This document shows, in pieces, positions 53,827 to 61,354 of a stretch of DNA of 64,000 bases. A program made the position numbers and the translations under genes. Every line of letters starts with the position of its first letter. Positions within the stretch are counted from its first letter, which is position 1. This DNA comes from Phenylobacterium sp. (GTDB lineage Bacteria > Pseudomonadota > Alphaproteobacteria > Caulobacterales > Caulobacteraceae): positions 11,908-75,907 of the forward strand of contig JAQGIV010000084.1 of NCBI GenBank assembly GCA_028290945.1, given 5' to 3'. The notes under the pieces were generated by a model, which did not search any database, was not told the origin of the DNA, and saw nothing but the letters and a program-made list of their open reading frames with translations.

Positions 53827-55454
53827 CCGGCCGCCAGCATCTCGCGGAGCCGGGGCTTGTGCAGCTTGCCGCTGCCTGTGCGTGGCGCATCTTCGTGCGA
53901 CATGGCGACAATCAGCTTGGGGATCTTGAACGAGGCGATCTCGCCGCGTAGCCCCGCCCGCAAGGCCTCGATGTCGATACTGGCCTCAGGCTTGGGCACG
54001 ACAACCGCCGCCACGATCGGAGCGTGGCCGTCCCGGATCAGTTCGAAGACGCTGGCCTCCTGGACTTCGGGATAGGCCTCGATCGCCAACTCCACCTCGC
54101 GCGGCGCCACGTTGGCTCCGCTGACTTTGATCATCTCGCTGTTGCGACCGCTGAAGAAGAGCCAGCCCTCGGCGTCGATGCGGCAGAGGTCGCCGGTGTC
54201 GTAGAAGCCGTCGGCGTCGAACACCTCGTGGCGTTCCTTCTTGTAGAGCGCCGGGGTGATGTTCGGGCCGCGCACCCAGAGCACGCCCTCTTCGTCGACG
54301 CCCAGCCAGGCGCCGGTGGCGGGATTGCGGATGCGCCGCTCAATGTCCGGCACGCCGCGGCCGAAGGCTTCGATCTTGGCGGCCGGGACCTCGTCCTTGC
54401 GAGGCTCGGCGCTGTGCTGCCCGAAGGTCTCGGTCATGCCAAGCCCGCGCGAGGCCTGGTCCGACCGCGCGCCGGTCAGACGACTGTCCAGCAGGGCGAG
54501 CACCTCGGCGCCCGCCTCGCCGGCGGCGATCCTGGGATGCTCGCGCAGCTGCTTGATCATGCCGGGCTGCGCCGACAGGTCGGTGGGCTGGCCCTCGGCC
54601 ATGGCGGTGACGATGTCGTCGATCTTCGGCGAGACCGGGCAGAGCATGCTCCCGCCCATCAGCAGCGACATGTTGAGGGTAATGAAGCCCGCCGCCCAGC
54701 AGAACGGCCCCACCACCAGGCTCCGGTCCTCGGCCGACGATTGGCGGATGTGGGACAGGATCTGCATGCGCCGCACGATCGCCCCGTGGGTGTGCAGGAT
54801 GCCCTTCGGATCGGCGGTGCTGCCGGAGGTGTACATCAGCACCGCCAGGTCGGCCGGCGCGATGGTCGCCTCGATCTGCCGCAGCATGGCGTCGTCCAGG
54901 CGCGGGTCCTGCGTGGCGGCATCCAGACAGGCCTGAGGCGTCAGCGCCCAGGCGGGCAGCGGGCCCTCGCCCCAGACGATCACCTGGCGCAGATAGGGCA
55001 GCGCGGGCGTCAGCAGCGGACCCGCCGCGGCGTCCTGGCCGGCGAGGTCGGGCGCGATCTCCTCCAGCCGGGCCACATAGTCGTGGTTCAGGAAGCGGTG
55101 GGCGAGCAGCAGGGTGTGGACGTCGGCGTGCCGCAGCACCCAGGCCAGGTCCTTGCGCTGATACAGCGTCGACAGCAGCACGGCGATCGCCCCGACCCGG
55201 GTCACCGCGAGATAGCAGGTCAGCCACTCTGTGGTGTTGGGCATCAGAAGACCGACCCGGGTCCCCTTGCCGACGCCGCGCGCCACCAGCGCCTTGGCAA
55301 GCGCGCGCGAGTCCGAGTCTGCATCGGCGAAGGTCAGGGTCCGCGCACCGCAGGTCAGCAGCGGCCGTGGCCCATGGCGCGCCACCGCCTCGCCGAGCAG
55401 GCGTGGCAGGGTGGCCTCGTCGTCGGGCGGCCGCAGCCACGCTTCCCTGGTCAC
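53823..55454 (-). CDS. Acyl-CoA synthetase (class I adenylate-forming) B
   Basis: YTSGSTADPKG, GMTET, TGD, SGKLHK. Confidence 0.92.
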   Translation of the reverse strand: MTREAWLRPPDDEATLPRLLGEAVARHGPRPLLTCGARTLTFADADSDSRALAKALVARGVGKGTRVGLLMPNTTEWLTCYLAVTRVGAIAVLLSTLYQRKDLAWVLRHADVHTLLLAHRFLNHDYVARLEEIAPDLAGQDAAAGPLLTPALPYLRQVIVWGEGPLPAWALTPQACLDAATQDPRLDDAMLRQIEATIAPADLAVLMYTSGSTADPKGILHTHGAIVRRMQILSHIRQSSAEDRSLVVGPFCWAAGFITLNMSLLMGGSMLCPVSPKIDDIVTAMAEGQPTDLSAQPGMIKQLREHPRIAAGEAGAEVLALLDSRLTGARSDQASRGLGMTETFGQHSAEPRKDEVPAAKIEAFGRGVPDIERRIRNPATGAWLGVDEEGVLWVRGPNITPALYKKERHEVFDADGFYDTGDLCRIDAEGWLFFSGRNSEMIKVSGANVAPREVELAIEAYPEVQEASVFELIRDGHAPIVAAVVVPKPEASIDIEALRAGLRGEIASFKIPKLIVAMSHEDAPRTGSGKLHKPRLREMLAAG

Positions 55455-55558
55455 GATGTCCTTCCCCGTGCGTGGCGCCGCCTTGAAGGCCGGCGAGCGC
55501 CTTCACCTTTGCTAACCCAGGAGACGGGCCCCGGTCGATTCGCCTGGGCTGTGTGGAT

Positions 55559-55601
55559 CATACCCGACCCGATATGCGCGGATCATAACCGCGGCGATAT
55601 G
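55559..55601. promoter_or_regulatory. Tandem CATA-N10-TATG sites (putative LysR recognition sites)
   Basis: CATACCCGACCCGATATG 55559-55576 and CATAACCGCGGCGATATG 55584-55601; related sites at 35672, 37735, 41135, 44419, 58392. Confidence 0.65.
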
Positions 55602-55683
55602 GCGGGCGGCGAGAGGGCGCCGCGACAAGTGGCGCACGGCGGCGCTAGCTGGGGCTGCGGGCAAACATCGCGGGGGATTGCAT

Positions 55684-56742
55684 ATGGCCAGCGCGGAGCT
55701 CGGCGTCGGGGTGATCGGCACGGGCGTGGGCGCCAGGGTCCACGCGCCAGCGGTCGCGAACACGCCCGGCGCCCGGGTCGTGGCCCTGTGCGGCGGCGAC
55801 GCGGAGCGTACCGGCGCACTGGCCCGCAAGCTTGGCGTGCCGCGCGCCACCGGCGACGTCCACGAGCTCGTCGCCATGCCCGAGGTCGACCTGGTCTGCG
55901 TGGCCTCGCCGCCGCACCTGCACCACGCGGCGGTGACGGCGGCGCTGGCGGCCGGCAAGCATGTGGTCTGCGAGAAGCCCTTCGCCCTCGACGCCGGCCA
56001 GGCCCGCGAGATGCTCGAGCTGGCCCGCGCACGCGGCGTGCGCCACGTCATGAACCACGAGTTCAGGCTCAGTCCGGCGCTGGTCGAGCTGCGCCGGCGG
56101 ATGGCCGCGGGCGAGCTGGGGACGCTGCAGCAGGTGGTCTACACCGGGGCGGGGACCTTCGCCCGGACCCAGCAGGGTCGGCTCGGAGACTGGTGGTTCG
56201 ACGCCGCGCGCGGCGGCGGCTGGCTGGGCGCGGCGGGCTCGCACCGCATCGACAGCTTCCGCTGGCTGTTCGGGGAGATCGAGGCGGTCGCCGCGACCCT
56301 GGAGACCCGCGTCCGCCACCCGACGACCCGCGATGGTCCTGTCGAGGCCACTGCCGATGACGGGTTCACCCTCTTGATGCGCTTCGCCGGCGGCGCGACG
56401 GGATGTTGCGTCAGCACGGCTGCGGCCGGCGCGGCCGGCCCGCCGGACCGCATGGTGGTGATGGGCGACGCCGGAACCCTGACGGTCGAGGGCGAGCGGC
56501 TGTTCGCGGGCGGCCCGGATGGAGGGCGGGAGATCGCGCTCAAGGCGCTGCAGGCGCTGCCGGGCGAAGACCGGGTGCAGACCCTGGTGCGACATTGGAT
56601 GGGCGCCATCGTCGAGGCGGTTCGCGACGACGCTCCGCTGCGGCCCGACTTCGAGGATGGCTGGCGCTGCCAGTTGGTCATGGACGCCGCCCGGGAGGCG
56701 GCGCGTGACGGGCGATGGGTGCGGATCGCCGATGGGGGTTAG
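55684..56742 (+). CDS. Gfo/Idh/MocA oxidoreductase
   Basis: GVIGTG, GKHVVCEKP, GGGWLGAAGSH.ID. Confidence 0.92.
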   Translation: MASAELGVGVIGTGVGARVHAPAVANTPGARVVALCGGDAERTGALARKLGVPRATGDVHELVAMPEVDLVCVASPPHLHHAAVTAALAAGKHVVCEKPFALDAGQAREMLELARARGVRHVMNHEFRLSPALVELRRRMAAGELGTLQQVVYTGAGTFARTQQGRLGDWWFDAARGGGWLGAAGSHRIDSFRWLFGEIEAVAATLETRVRHPTTRDGPVEATADDGFTLLMRFAGGATGCCVSTAAAGAAGPPDRMVVMGDAGTLTVEGERLFAGGPDGGREIALKALQALPGEDRVQTLVRHWMGAIVEAVRDDAPLRPDFEDGWRCQLVMDAAREAARDGRWVRIADGG

Positions 56743-58373
56743 GCGCCCGCCTCACCACGGATCAGGGCCGCGGCGCGTTCGCCGATCATGATCGTCGGCG
56801 CGTTGGTCCCGGCCTTGGGGATCACCGGGATCACCGAGGCGTCGGCGATCCGCAGGCCTTCGACGCCGCGCACCCGAAGCTGTTCGTCGACGACGGCGTC
56901 ATCGTCCAGCCCCATGCGCAGGGTGCCAACCGGGTGATAGGCGTGCGACGCGCTGCGGGCGATGCTCTGCGCCGTGGGCTCGGGGTCCTGGGCCCGGTCG
57001 ATGACCTCCGCCATCGCCGACTGCGCCAGGATCGCCTTCACCCGAGCCAGCCCCCCCAGCAGGGCCGTCATGTCGCGCGGATCCTGGAAATAGCCCGTCG
57101 CGATGCGCGGCGCCTCCAGCGGATCGGCCGAGCGCAGCCGCACCTTGCCCCGGCTCCACGGCCGCGCGTTGCGCACGAACAGGCTGAAGCCGTGGGCGCG
57201 CGGCAGCATGCCGAGGCCAGAGCCAGGGGTCATCAGACCGGGTGTGAAGATCACGCCGATGTCAGGTCCCTCGGCTTGAGGCGAGCTGCGCAACAGGCCC
57301 CCCGCCGTCAGCACGCTGCGACCTAGCGCGCCCCGCCGCCTCAGAGCGTAGGCCGCCACCGCCTCGACGAGAGCTGTCGGCGCCAGCAGGCCGTAGGCGG
57401 TGATTGGTCGCCGGGTGGTGAAGCCAAGTTTCTGGCGGGTGTGGTTCTGCAGGTTGCCGCCCACCTCAGGGCGATCGAGCGCGACCGCGATCCCGAGCGC
57501 GCGCAGATCCTCCGCCGGTCCCAGGCCCGAGAGCATCAGCAGCCGTGGAGAATTGATCGCGCCGGCGCAGACCACCACCTCGCACCGGGCCGCCAGCTCC
57601 ACCACCACGCCGCCGCGCAGCGCCTGAACCCCCACCGCGCGTCCACCCTCGAGCCGGACCTTGAGCGCCTGGGTCCCGGTCATCACCGTGAGGTTGGGGC
57701 GTTCTTCCGCCGGCCGCAGGTAGCCGTCCATCGTGCCGCTGCGCCGGCCGCGGCCGATCGAATAGTCAAAATAGCCGAAGCCCTCGGCCTCTTCGCCGTT
57801 CATGTCGTGCAGCCGCCGGTGGCCGGCGGCCGCGGTGGCCGCGAGGAACAGCTCGCAAGCCGGCGTCAAGGCGGCGCCCCGGCTGATTTCGATGCCGCCC
57901 GGCCGGGCCTCGGCGCGCTCGAAATAGGGACGCACCGCCTGGTAGCGCCAGTCCGGGCACGCCCAGGCCTCGAAGTCGTCGCGGTCGCCGCGCGAATAGA
58001 GCATGCCGTTGATCGCCGAACCGCCGCCCAGCACCCGGGCCTGAACAAACCTCAGGCTCCGTCCCGCGAGGCCCCGATCGGGGTCGGTGAGATAGCCCCA
58101 CTGGTGCTGAGGCAGGCCGCTGGTGATGAAGTTCATTAGGGGAACGGACATGGCCGGATGGCGCGCGCGTCCGCCCGCTTCGAGCAGGCATACCGTCACC
58201 GCCGGGTCCGCGGAGAGCCGCGCGGCCACCACGCAGCCTGCCGTGCCGCCGCCGACGACCAGGTAATCGAAGGTCGAGCGGGCCGGCGAAGGATTCAGGA
58301 GGTCCTCTCCACGAGGTTCGCGCGCCGCCAGGCGCTGGGCGGTCAGTCTCCGCCGCCGCGCGGGAATGTCCAT
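56739..58373 (-). CDS. GMC family oxidoreductase (start uncertain: ATG 58373 or CTG 58298)
   Basis: FDYLVVGGGTAG, LGGGSAING, GAINSP.LL.LSG, YHPVGT, GLRIADAS, TNAP. Confidence 0.9.
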   Translation of the reverse strand: MDIPARRRRLTAQRLAAREPRGEDLLNPSPARSTFDYLVVGGGTAGCVVAARLSADPAVTVCLLEAGGRARHPAMSVPLMNFITSGLPQHQWGYLTDPDRGLAGRSLRFVQARVLGGGSAINGMLYSRGDRDDFEAWACPDWRYQAVRPYFERAEARPGGIEISRGAALTPACELFLAATAAAGHRRLHDMNGEEAEGFGYFDYSIGRGRRSGTMDGYLRPAEERPNLTVMTGTQALKVRLEGGRAVGVQALRGGVVVELAARCEVVVCAGAINSPRLLMLSGLGPAEDLRALGIAVALDRPEVGGNLQNHTRQKLGFTTRRPITAYGLLAPTALVEAVAAYALRRRGALGRSVLTAGGLLRSSPQAEGPDIGVIFTPGLMTPGSGLGMLPRAHGFSLFVRNARPWSRGKVRLRSADPLEAPRIATGYFQDPRDMTALLGGLARVKAILAQSAMAEVIDRAQDPEPTAQSIARSASHAYHPVGTLRMGLDDDAVVDEQLRVRGVEGLRIADASVIPVIPKAGTNAPTIMIGERAAALIRGEAGA

Positions 58374-58892
58374 TCGCCCGAGCCGCGGACGCATATCGAC
58401 TGCGCCATGTTCGAGCTTGCGTGCGGATCCTATGCGCGCCGCGTCCCGTGACCGGCCCCACGGCCGAGGGCAGACCTGAGATGAACCGCGCTTTGCCCGC
58501 CCAAATAATGGGCCCACCTGCAATTCATTCGAGCGTCTGCGCAATGTTACGGCAAAACGCGGGCCGACAAATCCTCTTACCTGCCTCCCTGAAACCCCAT
58601 CCACCGCCTTGTACGTAGAAATAGGCGCCATCAGAGAAGACGCTTCCTTGCCATCCGTAGCGTTAGAACTGCGCAATTACCGGAGTCTGCATCCAGGCGT
58701 GCGGAGATTGCTCGACCTTCCGGCAATCTGACCCATTAAACTAGGTTCCCGCCACACATCGGTCACCCGTCATTGCCACGGGGAATTTCCCCGTTCTCAT
58801 GGCCCCAAGAGCGAGCCGCGGAGAAATCCGAGCGCCCGCCAGGGGGACGCCCGCGAAGGAGCCGGACCATGGGCTCATGACGCGGGGGATAG

Positions 58893-61328
58893 ATGCGCTT
58901 TTCTTCATATAGGCACCTGCTACTTGCCGGGATTTCGGGCTGCACGCTGGCCACGGCGGACGCGGCGCTGGCCGCAGGACCGGCCAGTGCTGTCGATGAG
59001 TTGATCGTGACGGGCACCCGATCCACCGCGCGCACCGTCACGACCAGCCTGGCGCCCATCGATGTGCTGTCGGCCTCGGTGATGGAGAAGAGCGGAAAGA
59101 TCTCGACGCGTGATCTGATCTCCACCCTCATCCCATCGGCCAACACCTCAAATTCCGGCGCCGGCGCGAGCTTCGCGGTGAAGACCCTCTCTATCCGCGG
59201 GTTGGCGGGCGACCAGACGCTGGTGCTGGTCAACGGCAAACGGCGTCACAACACCTCGATCCTGTTCGTCAACGGCACCACACAGAACGGCCAGTCGCCG
59301 CCCGACCTCGACCTGATCCCTTCGCAGGGCATCGAGCACATCGAGGTGCTCCGCGACGGCGCCTCGGCTCAGTACGGCTCCGACGCGCTCGCGGGCGTCG
59401 TCAACATCATCCTGAAGAGCGGCGAAGGCGGCTCGGCCCAGATCATGACCGGCGCCACCGGCAAGGGTGACGGCGCGACGCTGCAGGGCTCCATCAACTA
59501 TGGCTGGAAGCTGGCCGACAAGGGCTTCCTCAACTTCACCTTCGACGCCCAGACCACGACCCTGATCGATCGCGGCAAGCAGTCGATCAACACCGCCGTG
59601 CTCTATCCGCTGATCAACGGACAGCCCGATCCGCGCGAGCTGACGGCCGACCGCCACACCGCCCATCCGGGCGCGCCGGCGTCCCAGCTCTATGTGGCCA
59701 GCTTCAACGGCGAGTACGCCGTGAGCGATGCGGTGAAGCTCTACAGCTTCGGCACCATCTCGCGCCGCTATTCGGCGGCCTGGCTGACCTACCGGATCCC
59801 CAGCGCCGCCAACAACAACATGGCGGTCTATCCCAACGGCTACTCGCCGCGCCTCTTCCTGCATGACCGCGACTTCCAGGTCGCCTTGGGCGCCAAGGGC
59901 CAGGTCGCCGGCTTCAACTGGGACCTGTCGACCACCCCCGGCCAGAACGAAAACGTCTTCGACACCAACTCGCTGAACGCCTCGCTGGGCCCGGCCAGCC
60001 CCAGCTACTTCTATGCCGGGACGCTCAGGTTCAACGAGTGGACGACCAACCTCGACGTCAACCGCGAGTTCAATCTCGGCCTGTTCAGTCCGATGTTCGT
60101 CGCCGCCGGCCTGGAATACCGCCGAGACCAGTTCGAGATCGTCGCCGGCCAGCCGGAGTCCTACCTCATCGGGACCTATGTCGCGCCGGTCGGGCAGCCC
60201 AACGCCGGGGTGGTCACCCAGGGCGGGTCGCAGGGAGTCAGCGGCTTTTCACCCTTCGCGGCGGGCCGCTTCAAGCGACAGAACCAGAGCGCCTATATCG
60301 ACATCGAACAGAAGTTGACCTCCAACCTCGAGGTCTCGGTCGCGGGGCGCTATGAGCACTATTCGGACTTCGGAGACACCGAGACCTACAAGGTCTCGGG
60401 GCGCTGGGAGCCCATCGAGAACTACGCGCTGCGCGGGACCATCTCCACCGGCTTCCGGGCGCCCTCGCTGCAGCAGGAGCATTACGGCTCGTCGAGCACC
60501 ATCGGCGTTGTCCTGCCGCCCTCGACGGTGACCCAGCTCTATCCCGTGCAGCTCCTGCCGCCGGACAACCCCGCGGCGGCGGCGCTCGGCGCCAAACCCC
60601 TGCAGCCGGAGAAGTCGCAGACCTATTCCATCGGCGTGGTCGCGCGCCCGACCGCCAACCTGAACCTCACGCTCGACCTCTATGAGATCAAGATCAAGAA
60701 CCGCATCCTGCAGACCGCGGTGCTGGGCCCGAGCGTCACCATCAGCAACCTGCTCCGGAACCTGGGCCTGAACCCGCAGCAGGCCGTGTTCTTCTATGCG
60801 AACGCCGCCGACACCACGACGCGGGGCGTGGACTTCGTGGGCGACTACCGCAGCGATTTCGGCGAGTGGGGCGAAGTCCACTGGACCGTGTCGGCCAACT
60901 ACAACGAAAACAAGTTCGATCGCATCATCCCGCCGGCGTTCGGCTTCAACCTCATCGACCGGGTGCGGCAGGGCGACTTCACCGTCGGCCAGCCGAAGGA
61001 CAAGGAGATCTTCTCCGCCGACTACACGCGGGGCCGGTTCGAGGCGACCGTGCGGATCACGCGCTACGGCAAGCTGATCCAGCGGAGCACCAACCCGCTG
61101 CTCGACGAGACCATATCGCCGGCCGGCCTCGCCGATGTGGATCTGAGCTATCAGGTCACACCCAAGCTGCGCGTGGCGATCGGCGCCAACAACATCACCA
61201 ACGTCTATCCAGACGTCGTGCAACCCGCCAACCGGGGCGGCGCAAACCCCTTCACCTACTTCAACCAGTATTCGCCTTACGGCATCGCCGGCGGGTTCTA
61301 CTATCTGAAGCTCAACGCCGAGTTCTGA
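58893..61328 (+). CDS. TonB-dependent receptor
   Basis: ELIVTGTR, LVLVNGKRRH, IEVLRDGASAQYGSDA, terminal F. Confidence 0.94.
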   Translation: MRFSSYRHLLLAGISGCTLATADAALAAGPASAVDELIVTGTRSTARTVTTSLAPIDVLSASVMEKSGKISTRDLISTLIPSANTSNSGAGASFAVKTLSIRGLAGDQTLVLVNGKRRHNTSILFVNGTTQNGQSPPDLDLIPSQGIEHIEVLRDGASAQYGSDALAGVVNIILKSGEGGSAQIMTGATGKGDGATLQGSINYGWKLADKGFLNFTFDAQTTTLIDRGKQSINTAVLYPLINGQPDPRELTADRHTAHPGAPASQLYVASFNGEYAVSDAVKLYSFGTISRRYSAAWLTYRIPSAANNNMAVYPNGYSPRLFLHDRDFQVALGAKGQVAGFNWDLSTTPGQNENVFDTNSLNASLGPASPSYFYAGTLRFNEWTTNLDVNREFNLGLFSPMFVAAGLEYRRDQFEIVAGQPESYLIGTYVAPVGQPNAGVVTQGGSQGVSGFSPFAAGRFKRQNQSAYIDIEQKLTSNLEVSVAGRYEHYSDFGDTETYKVSGRWEPIENYALRGTISTGFRAPSLQQEHYGSSSTIGVVLPPSTVTQLYPVQLLPPDNPAAAALGAKPLQPEKSQTYSIGVVARPTANLNLTLDLYEIKIKNRILQTAVLGPSVTISNLLRNLGLNPQQAVFFYANAADTTTRGVDFVGDYRSDFGEWGEVHWTVSANYNENKFDRIIPPAFGFNLIDRVRQGDFTVGQPKDKEIFSADYTRGRFEATVRITRYGKLIQRSTNPLLDETISPAGLADVDLSYQVTPKLRVAIGANNITNVYPDVVQPANRGGANPFTYFNQYSPYGIAGGFYYLKLNAEF

Positions 61329-61354
61329 GCCCGGCGTCCAACCACGGAACCCGC

